Of a stretch of 64,000 nt of DNA, positions 9,913-19,985 are shown piece after piece. Every line of letters starts with the position of its first letter. Within the stretch, counting starts at the first letter, position 1. The DNA is from Minisyncoccia bacterium (lineage in GTDB: Bacteria > Patescibacteriota > Minisyncoccia > Phycocordibacterales > UBA1006). Below the pieces are notes generated by a model, which saw nothing but the letters and a program-made list of their open reading frames with translations, had not been told where the DNA came from and did not search any database. The position numbers and the translations under genes were made by a program. The DNA lies in NCBI GenBank assembly GCA_044229075.1, contig JBGATS010000001.1, positions 275 through 64,274 of the forward strand, given 5' to 3'.

Positions 9913-11757
9913 CTACTGCAAAAGTATCTTCTGCGTAAAAATTCCGTCTTCGTTTTTAATGGTTAAAAAATAAATACCTTTCATATTCCCAGAAATATCT
10001 ATCTGATTCATTAAAGAATTTTGATAGATAATTTTTCCGGAAACATCAGTGACTGTAATTACTCCATTTTTTACGCCATCAATGGTAATAAAACCGTTTG
10101 ATGGGTTAGGGAAAACGGAAACACCCTCTAATCCTGTGGAGTTATTACGTACACCCGTAACAGTAATATTACGCGTATAATCACGAGCATAATTCGATGA
10201 CCCGTAATTATTCGTAATATTTGCAATCACTCGGTAATTTCCATTTGGGAAATTTGGGAGCGACACCTGTGTTTCATACAACTCAAACCCTACAGAAATG
10301 AGCGTGTCATACACAGACATTCCGGTTTGCATATTGATTACACGAACCTGAATCGTTGGTGCAGAACATCCACCGTGACCAGCTAATTGCATAACCGGTA
10401 TCGATGAAACCTGCATTCCGTCCCCTGGGAACGAAAATGCCACCGTAGGTGTGGTTCCTGTAACCGTCTGAATTGCCAACATAGATGATTTCCTTACGGA
10501 ATCATCCTTTGAAATACCTACCATAGAAATATAGTATGTATTCCCAGTGCTGGGAATTGACAGGTCTAGTGTTCCAGACTGATAATTTGCCATAATCATC
10601 AATCGTGACCATAACGTATCAGTTATAGTGTTCACCGTGTTTCCGCCCAGGATATACACCCGGGAAGTATCACCCGATACTGGGATTACGGAAACCCCAC
10701 CAATAGTCACCCGACCACAATTCGCAACCGGCGAGCTGCCAACCCACGAAATTGCAGGCGGAGCCGTTTTTGGCTTACGATTAGTTCTGAATACAAATCG
10801 AACAGAATCGCGGCCAACACTGTTATACGCAACAATTTCTGCTGTGTACTGCGTGTTCTGAACGAGATTCGTATGACGAAAATAATTCATCAGATTTGCG
10901 TTTACCGACTGTGTTGGCACCGTTGTAATCAATGTTGTTCCAGCAGAATCGAGTAGTCGGATAAAAACCCAATTACTATCCGTATTACCCTTGGTAACAC
11001 GCGTAATAATTTGAACCGTATCAACACCAACATTAATTGTTGGTGTATTCACCGTTGGTTTTGTGCCGCTTAATGGCGTTCCGTAATAGAATGAAGACAC
11101 TGTTGCGGGCATACCATTGGCTGGTAATAACCGAACCTGAATTTTGTGTGAAACAGTACTCAGGTTTGAAATTACCAGTGTATCAGTAAAACTACTAAAC
11201 ACACCGGATAACACATCAGTTTCAGATTGATATACCCAACCATTTCCTGTATAGGAAACCTGGTTAGCATACGCAACAAGATTTGATGTTGAGCCATTTG
11301 TGTTTCCTACAACAATTAATCGTAGCCCGCCAACAACCGGCTGAACAGTTACCGAAGTAATCGTACCTGATGCAGGCGTTGCGGTTGTGGTGAAATAATA
11401 TCCAGCTGCCGTAGTCTGGATTAAACTACTATCACCATATGATTTGTACAATTTGAATTCATAATAATACGTAGTAGACGGATTTAATGAATCCAAGGTA
11501 AACATCACGGGCACAGGATTAGTAAATCCAGTACCGATAACAACGATTGAATCATCTGGCACAAAATTCATGCTGGATGTTTTTTTCATCACTACAATTT
11601 TGTAATGAGCGCCAACTGCTCCGTAGAAATGGGCTAACACCTGTGCGGTACGGTCAGAAACCTGACCAGCACCGGTTGGGTTGGCGATGATGCTTTGAGC
11701 AAAACTGGTAACCACACTTCCAAGTGTAATTACCAAAAACAGTAACATTTTTTTCAT
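9913..11757 (-). CDS. secreted surface protein with FN3/Ig-like repeats and a C-terminal ~75-aa domain resembling the T9SS sorting domain (Por_Secre_tail)
   Basis: signal peptide MKKMLLFLVITLGSVVTSFAQS; C-terminus VSVFPNPSNGFITIDG...VTDVSGKIIYQNSL...GIYFLTIKNEDGIFTQKILLQ fits FPNP...YF..K CTD pattern. Confidence 0.55.
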   Translation of the reverse strand: MKKMLLFLVITLGSVVTSFAQSIIANPTGAGQVSDRTAQVLAHFYGAVGAHYKIVVMKKTSSMNFVPDDSIVVIGTGFTNPVPVMFTLDSLNPSTTYYYEFKLYKSYGDSSLIQTTAAGYYFTTTATPASGTITSVTVQPVVGGLRLIVVGNTNGSTSNLVAYANQVSYTGNGWVYQSETDVLSGVFSSFTDTLVISNLSTVSHKIQVRLLPANGMPATVSSFYYGTPLSGTKPTVNTPTINVGVDTVQIITRVTKGNTDSNWVFIRLLDSAGTTLITTVPTQSVNANLMNYFRHTNLVQNTQYTAEIVAYNSVGRDSVRFVFRTNRKPKTAPPAISWVGSSPVANCGRVTIGGVSVIPVSGDTSRVYILGGNTVNTITDTLWSRLMIMANYQSGTLDLSIPSTGNTYYISMVGISKDDSVRKSSMLAIQTVTGTTPTVAFSFPGDGMQVSSIPVMQLAGHGGCSAPTIQVRVINMQTGMSVYDTLISVGFELYETQVSLPNFPNGNYRVIANITNNYGSSNYARDYTRNITVTGVRNNSTGLEGVSVFPNPSNGFITIDGVKNGVITVTDVSGKIIYQNSLMNQIDISGNMKGIYFLTIKNEDGIFTQKILLQ

Positions 11758-11828
11758 TATTTTTAATTTTATTTAGTTTACAATATTTTTAACAGTCTAG
11801 CATAATTATTCATATATGTCAAATATTT

Positions 11829-12893
11829 TTGATTGTAAAGCGTGGTATACTACAAATTATGAAAAATACGTTATTACATAAGACTTATTTAATACTGATG
11901 ATTGCTGGGCTATCTATTGCAACACTCGTCATTGGGAAATCAATTCTAATCCCGTTGGCATTGGGGTTATTTCTTGCCTTGTCACTATCTCCATTAGTGG
12001 AAAAACTCTCCACCTGGAAAATACCAAAAGTCCCTTCGATCATTGTAGCTTTTCTGTGTACATTTATTATTATTGGCAGTATTGTTACTACGATTGGATT
12101 TGCAATTGGAGATTTTGCAGAAAAACTTCCTAACTATCAACAATCTATTCAAGTCAACGTCGCGGCAACAAAAAAAATTATCTTTGAAAAGCTTCCCTTG
12201 ATTGATCAAACGTTTATTGATTCAAATTTCTCATCAGATCAACTATCATCACTAGGTGTGGGTGCAGCAAAAAACATTGTATCTGCAACTACCAATATTG
12301 GGGCAACACTTGGGTTAACGTTGGTAATTACTTTTCTCTTATTACTCTACCGTAATCGCATGCGGAAATTTTCTCGAATGATCACCGATGAAGCAATGGG
12401 TGACCATGTCAGTGTTATTGTTCGTAAGTCCTTCTCGGTAATTCCTCGCTATCTTGGGGGGATGATGGTCGTAATTGTGATCATGACAATCTTGAATACG
12501 TTTGGATTTATGATTATTGGGACACCCAGTCCACTCTTCTGGGGGATGATGGTATCAATCTTGAATGTTGTCCCCTACGTTGGCCCTGCAATTGGGTTTG
12601 GGGCTGCTGCATTGTTCTCGTTATTAGTAGCAGGTCCTACTACCGCACTCTTGGCTATGGGAATGTTCCTTGTAATCCAGTTCATTGATAATAATTTGTT
12701 GACTCCACTGATTGCTGGAAGTCAGATTAATATCAATCCGTTAGCTGCCATCATTTCATTGGTTGTCTGGGGAATGATCTGGGGAATTGTTGGGATGATT
12801 TTGGCACTTCCCCTCTTGGGTCTCATGAAAATTATTTGCGATGAAATACCAGAACTTCGGCCGATCGGCTATTTGATTGGCGATAAAGAATAG
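11829..12893 (+). CDS. AI-2E family transporter (PerM/UPF0118)
   Basis: 8 TM topology and conserved VVPYVGP...GF motif characteristic of AI-2E family. Confidence 0.7.
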   Translation: MIVKRGILQIMKNTLLHKTYLILMIAGLSIATLVIGKSILIPLALGLFLALSLSPLVEKLSTWKIPKVPSIIVAFLCTFIIIGSIVTTIGFAIGDFAEKLPNYQQSIQVNVAATKKIIFEKLPLIDQTFIDSNFSSDQLSSLGVGAAKNIVSATTNIGATLGLTLVITFLLLLYRNRMRKFSRMITDEAMGDHVSVIVRKSFSVIPRYLGGMMVVIVIMTILNTFGFMIIGTPSPLFWGMMVSILNVVPYVGPAIGFGAAALFSLLVAGPTTALLAMGMFLVIQFIDNNLLTPLIAGSQININPLAAIISLVVWGMIWGIVGMILALPLLGLMKIICDEIPELRPIGYLIGDKE

Positions 12894-12961
12894 GGTATAC
12901 TATTTCTAATCGAATCACCTCTGGTACGATTATCATCATTATTTGTTAATTTTAAATTATT

Positions 12962-13645
12962 ATGTCTACACATCAAACATTTTTTGAAAAATACGCAACA
13001 CCTCTGTCTATTATTGTTGCGGGTGCATTGGTTGGGGTTGGAATCTGGCTCGGAAAAACTGGGCCAAACCAAAAGCCAAATCCTCAAAACCAAAACACAG
13101 AATCAGCGATTGACTTGAAAAAAGTTGTAAAAGGGGTTAACCAAAAATCTCTCGAGTCATGTATCGCAAATCAAGAAACAAAAGCAAAAGTTGAACGTGA
13201 TATCAAACTCGCAGCAGAAGCAAATATGCAAGGAACTCCTCATATGGTAGTTCTGGTAAAACAGGGTGATAAGACTGTTCAAGCAGTGCTTCCTGGTGCT
13301 CAACCAAAAGAAACTATCGAACAAGTCATTGCAACTATTGCTGACTATGCGGATACTACAGTACCTGCACAAGTAATCACCCCAGAAGACTATGTTCAGG
13401 GTGATCCTGCTACTGCGCCAGCAACTATTGTAGAATATTCTGATATTGACTGCCCGTTCTGTAAACGACTCCATCCTACCCTCCAAGCATTAGTTGATGA
13501 AGGAAAAATTGCGTGGGTATATCGTCATTCACCAATTCCACAACTTCATCCGGATGCCTATACCAAGGCAATCACTGCGGAGTGTGTAGGGAAATTGGGT
13601 GGTGTAGATGCATTTTGGAAATATCTGGAAGCAACAACAAAATAA
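12962..13645 (+). CDS. membrane-anchored DsbA-like thiol:disulfide oxidoreductase
   Basis: N-terminal TM, CPFC (CxxC) active site in thioredoxin-fold context. Confidence 0.7.
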   Translation: MSTHQTFFEKYATPLSIIVAGALVGVGIWLGKTGPNQKPNPQNQNTESAIDLKKVVKGVNQKSLESCIANQETKAKVERDIKLAAEANMQGTPHMVVLVKQGDKTVQAVLPGAQPKETIEQVIATIADYADTTVPAQVITPEDYVQGDPATAPATIVEYSDIDCPFCKRLHPTLQALVDEGKIAWVYRHSPIPQLHPDAYTKAITAECVGKLGGVDAFWKYLEATTK

Positions 13646-13659
13646 AAAATTTATTCAAA

Positions 13660-13690
13660 ATAACCTTAATATCACTAAGGTTATTTTTTA
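13660..13690 (+). terminator. rho-independent terminator (aaccttaatatcactaaggtt + T-run)
   Basis: hairpin + TTTTTT after stop. Confidence 0.6.
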
Positions 13691-13868
13691 TCGAGAAAAT
13701 GATTCTATAACAAAAAAACCGCGATCACCATATCAGAACTATGTGCACCACTGTGTGATGAAAATAGTTCTGATATGATAACCCGGTCTCCGACATCCAT
13801 AACTACAGGACAGGATCGGAAAGAACCTCGCGGTCTTACCGGATACAGTAGCACACTCATCGCTGGTG

Positions 13869-16406
13869 TCACTCTTTCGCAACAAGTTTTTCTATGGTGT
13901 TTCGTATATCCCGTAATTGAGATGCTACACCGATATTCGGACGGCGTGATTGGTGATCTTCCAATTTTTGTAAATCACGAACAATCTGCTCTACCTCATC
14001 ATGTACCCGATACCTGCGGTTGGCAGGTACCCATTCGGTGATGTGATGTTTACGCATGAGTTCAATAATCATTTCTTTTACCTCTGCAATTTTTACACGG
14101 ATTCCTGTTTCTGGATCACGGAGCTGTTCCTGCTCCAAGAGACGCAAGTAATCAACCAATACTTCCAATTCCCGTGCAGGGAGCGCGTGATCAATCGGTA
14201 ATTCAGCTGTTCCTGCAGGCATTACGGAAAAGTCATGTACCCATTCCTGCCAATCATTTGCGGTTTCTGTGGGTTGTGATTGATTCTGTAACAAATCTGC
14301 CAATGGGGGTACCTGACTGTGTTTTTCTACTACAGAGACAGGTTGTGGCTCTGGTGCAGGTGGAGGTAGTGGTCGCTCTTTTCGTTCTGGAATAGGGATC
14401 GTCTTGATACCTTGCGGTTGATCTTGTATTGGTGATACTGTGGGTGGTACTGAGTTTCCTATAGCAGATTGTGTCTGTATTTCTTGAATTTGTTTTGGGA
14501 TTGATTGGATGAGCTCTTCCAAATGATGCACCTCGTCATTGGTTGCATATCGAGAAAGATCAGGGACAGGTTGTGGTGGTACCGAAACAGAAATAACCGG
14601 CGGTGCAGCGTTGTAGTAATTCTGTGTTGATGGTGCCTGAACAGTATCCTGAACTGTGTTAAAAGATTCTGGCGCTACTGTGAATACACCCTGTGCCCAT
14701 CCCTCGGGAAGATCTTCTGCCATATCGACGGTGCCTTGGACTTCCTCGATACTGGTAATTCCTGACAAGATTTTCGCAACCCCATCTTCTACCATGGTGA
14801 ATATTCCTTGCCGTTGTGCAGCATGTTTGATCTGACGTTCGGTGGGATTATTGGCGATAATTTCTGCCAGATGATCATCCACCAGGATCGCCTCGAAGAG
14901 CCCCACACGCCCCTTGTATCCAATATGGTCACAGGCATCACATCCGACAGACTCATACACAGTCAGTGGTCCAGTGCTCGTAATATCCATATAGGAATAA
15001 TCTTTTCCGGTGAGTTCGGCATTTTTAATAATTGCACGAAAGAGCCGGTCTTCTGTTTCTGAGAGAATGTGTATCTGCTTACAGTCATTACACAATCGTC
15101 GCACCATTCGTTGTGCCATGGTGACCGTCAACGCATCCGGGAGGATTTTCGGATTCACCCCAAGTTCTGTCAAACGTGGAATTGCCCCTGCAGCATTGTT
15201 GGTGTGGAGTGTCGATAATACCAAGTGACCCGTCAGCGATGCATTGATAGCAGTACTCGCGGTTTCCTTGTCACGAATTTCTCCGACCATGATCACGTCG
15301 GGATCCTGACGCAGTGCCGCGCGGAGTCCCGAACTAAAATCGTACCCCTTTTCATGATCTACCTGTGTCTGGGTAATTCCTGGCAAGTGGTATTCGATAG
15401 GGTCCTCGATCGTAAGGATTTTAATTTCTGGGGTATATACTTTTTTCAAGATAGAATACAGGGTGGTCGTCTTTCCCGATCCTGTTGGACCGGTGGTGAT
15501 AATCATCCCGTTGGGTTTTTCGATTTCTTTTTGGAGTACCTCGAGAAATTTCACCGGGAATCCAAGTTTTTCAAAATCTACCGTGAGTCCCTCTGGATTC
15601 AAAATACGCATCACGATTGATTCACCATAGGGTCCCGGGATGAGTGAGGTACGAATCTCGATCTCGGTACCTTTGTATACAATCGTAAAACGACCGTCCT
15701 GCGCAGTTTCGGTACTCGTTAATTTCATCTCTGAAAGTAGTTTGATACGTGAATTGATATTCTTGTAAATATCAAGCGGAAATTCTACAATATCCTGTAA
15801 CACTCCATCCTGTCGGAATCGCAACCGTGCAAATTCCTCTGCTGCCTCGATATGCACGTCGGAAGATTTTGTACCGATCGCAGTACCGAAAATAATCTCC
15901 ATGAGTTTCGAAATTTTGTGATTTTCACCAGAATGCACCATCGTGAGGAATGCTTCACGAATATCGCTATTACTATGAACCATGGCCGCAAGTCGTTGGA
16001 GTTCTTCATCAGAGATATCCAATAATCCAGCTCGCGCGCGTAATGCCCCACTGACATCTGCATAGCGTGCCCATGCTTTTTCCAAACTTCGTTTTGAAAC
16101 GAGAAACAACTGTATCACAAACCCTTTTGTTTCCAATAAGTCGATTTGTTCAATAGTTTCCGGTGCTGTTGGGGATAGAACTGCTACATTAATTTTTTTT
16201 CCTACCATCGCAAAAACTGCCATTTGGGCATTACGAGAAACTTCCTCGGTGAGCAAGAGAAGTGCATCAGCATTGATACCAATTCCTGATAGGTCAACAT
16301 AACCAATACCGTAATCATCAGAGAGCGCCTTTACTGCAGATTCCTCTTGTCGGGCATGAATCTCTGCAAGTTTCTTATTTTGTTCTTCATCATGAAAGAC
16401 AGTCAT
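13869..16406 (-). CDS. pilB: type IV pilus assembly ATPase PilB/GspE with ~300-aa Pro/Gln-rich C-terminal extension
   Basis: N-terminal GspII domain, Walker A GPTGSGKTTTLYS, tetracysteine CNDC...CDAC motif; extension after the ATPase core has no recognisable domain. Confidence 0.85.
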   Translation of the reverse strand: MTVFHDEEQNKKLAEIHARQEESAVKALSDDYGIGYVDLSGIGINADALLLLTEEVSRNAQMAVFAMVGKKINVAVLSPTAPETIEQIDLLETKGFVIQLFLVSKRSLEKAWARYADVSGALRARAGLLDISDEELQRLAAMVHSNSDIREAFLTMVHSGENHKISKLMEIIFGTAIGTKSSDVHIEAAEEFARLRFRQDGVLQDIVEFPLDIYKNINSRIKLLSEMKLTSTETAQDGRFTIVYKGTEIEIRTSLIPGPYGESIVMRILNPEGLTVDFEKLGFPVKFLEVLQKEIEKPNGMIITTGPTGSGKTTTLYSILKKVYTPEIKILTIEDPIEYHLPGITQTQVDHEKGYDFSSGLRAALRQDPDVIMVGEIRDKETASTAINASLTGHLVLSTLHTNNAAGAIPRLTELGVNPKILPDALTVTMAQRMVRRLCNDCKQIHILSETEDRLFRAIIKNAELTGKDYSYMDITSTGPLTVYESVGCDACDHIGYKGRVGLFEAILVDDHLAEIIANNPTERQIKHAAQRQGIFTMVEDGVAKILSGITSIEEVQGTVDMAEDLPEGWAQGVFTVAPESFNTVQDTVQAPSTQNYYNAAPPVISVSVPPQPVPDLSRYATNDEVHHLEELIQSIPKQIQEIQTQSAIGNSVPPTVSPIQDQPQGIKTIPIPERKERPLPPPAPEPQPVSVVEKHSQVPPLADLLQNQSQPTETANDWQEWVHDFSVMPAGTAELPIDHALPARELEVLVDYLRLLEQEQLRDPETGIRVKIAEVKEMIIELMRKHHITEWVPANRRYRVHDEVEQIVRDLQKLEDHQSRRPNIGVASQLRDIRNTIEKLVAKE

Positions 16407-16686
16407 GCTGCCTCTAGTATAGCACGAAAAAATATTTGTTGTTATATTTTTATACTAAAAATCCCGTCACATCCTTCAAAAAATTTTAATGAGTATTACA
16501 ATGATACACTCTCAGTATTACAACGATGCCAGAAACTTTTGCGAAATAAAATTTTTTGAAGGATTAAACAAAAAAATAGTTTGCCATTCTGGAATTGAAA
16601 AATCCTTCCCGAAGGAAGGATTTTTCAATTCTGTGATTGAGCTCTCCGCCAGCTGGCGGATGGCAAGTCAATCTCATTCAAACACA

Positions 16687-16843
16687 GAAATCTCAAAGAC
16701 ATCTTTTCCACCCACAGGGGAGCAGAAATTGAGGAAAGGAGCAAGGAGGAACCCAGACATCATCTGTACTCAGCAGAAGCACCAGATAGTCCTACCCGCA
16801 AACCCCAGGAAGACCGCGAGATCCCGATCCCTTTGAGATTTCT
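16687..16843. repeat. 157-bp GC-rich element bounded by perfect 13-bp inverted repeats (agaaatctcaaag / ctttgagatttct); MITE-like or structured RNA
   Basis: IR seen directly; local GC well above flanks; only a spurious 115-aa ORF overlaps. Confidence 0.35.
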
Positions 16844-17010
16844 ATGTTCAAAAACAATTTCGTAACTTATTCAAGTATATCATATTTATATTTTTCTGTC
16901 AAGCGTTTTGTGCCTTGTTCGAAAAAATATAAAAAGCAACACGAATTCATAAGATATCATCTTTCGATAACTCTGACAATATACACCAACCAAAAAATAA
17001 CACAAGTGCG

Positions 17011-17053
17011 ATTTTGTCCAGTTTTCACCAAGTTATCCACATGGTTTTTCCAC
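17011..17053 (+). promoter_or_regulatory. cluster of four tandem DnaA-box-like 9-mers (TTTTGTCCA, GTTTTCACC, TTATCCACA, TTTTCCACA) next to a long AT-rich tract
   Basis: one perfect TTATCCACA consensus plus 3 near-matches in same orientation; 16850-17010 extremely AT-rich. Confidence 0.3.
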
Positions 17054-17103
17054 ATGTCAAATGTATGAAAATACGTTTATTTATAAAGGTATTTTGGTAA
17101 TTC

Positions 17104-17138
17104 AGGGGGGGCGCCTGCGGCGCCCCCCCTTTTTTTTT
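17104..17138 (+). terminator. strong rho-independent terminator (ggggggcgcctgcggcgcccccc + T9)
   Basis: 11-bp GC stem + TTTTTTTTT on plus strand with no annotated plus-strand gene upstream: implies unannotated transcript. Confidence 0.7.
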
Positions 17139-17263
17139 CATTTTTGAATTTTCCAAATCACCTGTTTTATACAATAACTATTTTCTATGATGAGCACAAT
17201 ACTAGTTATTGAGACTCTTTTTTAAAACTCTTTTTATAAACCATACCCAAAAACTTCATTCCT

Positions 17264-18268
17264 GTGGTATACTCGACCTATATGATACGTGATGGAAAAA
17301 TTGAACGATCGCTGGATGCAAATTTACGCCCGCATTCATGGGCAGAATATATTGGCCAGGAATCGATTAAAAAGAATCTCGATATTTTGATCCGTGCTGC
17401 AGAAAACCGTGCGCAAGTTGCGGAACATATCCTGTTCTATGGCCCACCAGGGTTAGGGAAAACAACCCTCGCCCATCTGATCGCAAAAGAAACAGGTCGC
17501 GCGATGAAAATCACCAGTGGTCCCGCCATTGAAAAGGTGGGCGACCTGGCGAGCATTCTGACCAACGTTCAACCAGGCGATATTGTGTTCATCGATGAAA
17601 TTCATCGCTTGAATAAAATGATTGAGGAAATCCTCTACCCTGCTATGGAATCCGGTGTTCTGGATATTATTATCGGAAAAGGACCGAGCGCACGAACCCT
17701 GCAATTAGAACTTCCACCATTCACCCTGATTGCAGCAACAACACGTCCCAGCCTGATGTCGTCACCGTTGCGATCGCGATTTTCAGGAGGAAGTTTCAAA
17801 ATGGAATTCTATACTGATCCAGAAATGGCACGCATTATTAAACAATCCGCAGAAAAATTGGGTGTTACCATTACCGATGATGCCCTCCATAATATTGCAA
17901 CCCGATGCCGCAAAACACCCCGAACCGCCAACCATTATCTGAAACGTATTCGTGATTATGCAGAGGTACATAACATCACCACTATCGACAGTCATGTTGT
18001 TGATCAGGCGCTCGACCTGATGGGAATCGATACGGTCGGACTGACACCATCTGATCGGTTGTTACTGATTACCCTGATCGAAAAATTCGACGGTGGACCG
18101 GTGGGAGTCAAGACGCTCGCTGCAGCAACAGGCGAGGAAGAAGATACGATCGAGGAAGTGATCGAACCATATCTGATCCAGACAGGATTACTCGAAAAAA
18201 CACCACGTGGACGCATGGCGACTGAAAAAGCATACACACATTTAGGGTTTGAATATGTGAAGGAATAA
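17264..18268 (+). CDS. ruvB: Holliday junction branch migration helicase RuvB
   Basis: AAA+ Walker A GPPGLGKTTLAHLIA, Walker B DIVFIDEIHRL, C-terminal winged helix. Confidence 0.95.
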   Translation: MVYSTYMIRDGKIERSLDANLRPHSWAEYIGQESIKKNLDILIRAAENRAQVAEHILFYGPPGLGKTTLAHLIAKETGRAMKITSGPAIEKVGDLASILTNVQPGDIVFIDEIHRLNKMIEEILYPAMESGVLDIIIGKGPSARTLQLELPPFTLIAATTRPSLMSSPLRSRFSGGSFKMEFYTDPEMARIIKQSAEKLGVTITDDALHNIATRCRKTPRTANHYLKRIRDYAEVHNITTIDSHVVDQALDLMGIDTVGLTPSDRLLLITLIEKFDGGPVGVKTLAAATGEEEDTIEEVIEPYLIQTGLLEKTPRGRMATEKAYTHLGFEYVKE

Positions 18269-18338
18269 AAAAGATAATTTGTATAAAAAAATTTCCCCAA
18301 TCAATTTGATTGGGGAATTATTTAGTTTTTGAATTAAA

Positions 18339-19166
18339 TTATAATTTTTCCCATCTCTCTTTTTTCTGGTCTAATTTTTTAACTTGAATGTTAAAATTTA
18401 AAGAGCCTGGGTTGAGAGCATTTACTGCGTCAGTATATTCTTTCCATGCAACATCTTTTTCATCCTTTCTTTGTCTCTCCTCCTCTTCTGTTTTCATCCT
18501 TAAGATCTCTCTTTTTTCAAAACCAGCTAGGTCTAATTTTTGAATAATTGAATTAGAGTCTAATTCTGATAAAAAAACAATTTCATTAGAAATGAGGTCC
18601 AGTTTTAAACCTCTATCAATTCTGGTCCAGATCTCAATAGTTCCGTAGAACACTTTGTTTTTAGAATCAAAACTTGCCTTTAGTTCTGCATTAATTTTAT
18701 TATAGAATGAATCTTTATTAGAAATATTCATTTGCTTTGCATAAAAATCTGTGAATTGTTGATTATCTCTAATAATCCAATTATACGTTTTGATGCCTGT
18801 ACTGTCGATAGAAAACTTTAGTTCTGAAGTTTCACTTATAAAATCAATTATTTTTTTATTTGATTCATACTTAAAATTAAAATCTTCACCGTCATCTTTA
18901 ATCCAATGCAAAATTGAAAAGTGGGAAAAAAATTTTAGCTTTTTTTGTTCCTTTTTAATTGATTCGGCTTGTTCATGGAATTTTTTAATACATTTAAATT
19001 TTTCATCACCTTCTAATTTACTAATATAACTTTTTTCAAGGATATAAAAATATCTTTGATAATGAATATCAGATAAAGCCAAATAATAAAAGGTCATGCA
19101 GAAAGAGTAAGTACCTACTACAATAATAGAAGTAAGCAGAATTCCGAGAAAATTAATTTTTTTCAT
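18339..19166 (-). CDS. hypothetical membrane-anchored K/E-rich protein
   Basis: start placed at MKKINFLGILLTSIIVVG (TM helix); very AT-rich, no domain recognised. Confidence 0.4.
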   Translation of the reverse strand: MKKINFLGILLTSIIVVGTYSFCMTFYYLALSDIHYQRYFYILEKSYISKLEGDEKFKCIKKFHEQAESIKKEQKKLKFFSHFSILHWIKDDGEDFNFKYESNKKIIDFISETSELKFSIDSTGIKTYNWIIRDNQQFTDFYAKQMNISNKDSFYNKINAELKASFDSKNKVFYGTIEIWTRIDRGLKLDLISNEIVFLSELDSNSIIQKLDLAGFEKREILRMKTEEEERQRKDEKDVAWKEYTDAVNALNPGSLNFNIQVKKLDQKKERWEKL

Positions 19167-19352
19167 GATTATAATTGTTTTAGTTACCAAAATCTCCATT
19201 TCTGATAGAACCTTTGGTAACCAAAACAATATTTGACAACGTACTTTCTTGATACTATTTTATCATATTTAGTATTTTTGTCAAGCGATTTTATACCTTA
19301 ATTTATAAAGACTTCTACAAAAAACCACCTTTTGGTGGATTTTTTGTAGGAA

Positions 19353-19952
19353 TTATTTTCCTCCTTTTCGACGAACACGAGCTTTCTTTTTCTCGTCTTC
19401 CTTTTTCAATGGGAATCCAAGATATTCAAAGAATGCGAGTGCTTCTGGTCGTGTTTTTGCCGTAGTTACTACGGTAATAGACATACCGAACACGTTTACG
19501 ATTTCCTCGTCACCTGTCTCTGGGAAAATGGTGTGTTCCTTGATTCCGATAGACATGTTGCCCAGTTCATTCGCAGACGATCGAGTAATTCCTCGGAAGT
19601 CTTTTGTTCGTGGGAGCGCAATGTGTACTAATTTATCAAGAAATTCGTACATACGCGCACCACGCAATGTTACCACCAATCCCACAGGATCACCTGCACG
19701 GATTTTGAATGATGCGATTGATTGTTTTGCCCCACGGATTGCTGGTTTTTGACCAGTAATTTTGAGCAAACGATCCGCAACAAAGGTGTTTTTATTACGA
19801 TCACGTTTCATCCCTGAACCAGTTCCTACTGATACGATTACCTTTTGGATGCGTGGTGCAGCCAGACGGTTCGTGTATCCAAACTGTTCTTTCAAGACTG
19901 TAAATGATGCTTCTTGTTTTTGTTTTATTGGTTGCATAATAGTCGTATTCAT
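19353..19952 (-). CDS. rplE: 50S ribosomal protein L5
   Basis: RLLKITGQKPAIRGAKQSIASFKIRAGDPVG... matches L5. Confidence 0.9.
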   Translation of the reverse strand: MNTTIMQPIKQKQEASFTVLKEQFGYTNRLAAPRIQKVIVSVGTGSGMKRDRNKNTFVADRLLKITGQKPAIRGAKQSIASFKIRAGDPVGLVVTLRGARMYEFLDKLVHIALPRTKDFRGITRSSANELGNMSIGIKEHTIFPETGDEEIVNVFGMSITVVTTAKTRPEALAFFEYLGFPLKKEDEKKKARVRRKGGK

Positions 19953-19985
19953 TTCTTATTACTCTGTATAAGAAATGATAATGTA

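Noticed and set aside
13730-13775. 13-bp inverted repeat (atcagaactat...atagttctgat) downstream of dsbA-like gene
   Set aside because: It lies in the convergent 3' region between two genes and is most simply a second terminator hairpin, so it is not reported as a separate regulatory site.
16489-16836. 115-aa ORF across the GC-rich inverted-repeat element
   Set aside because: There is no RBS. The composition is driven by the GC-rich repeat. I treat the region as a non-coding element instead.
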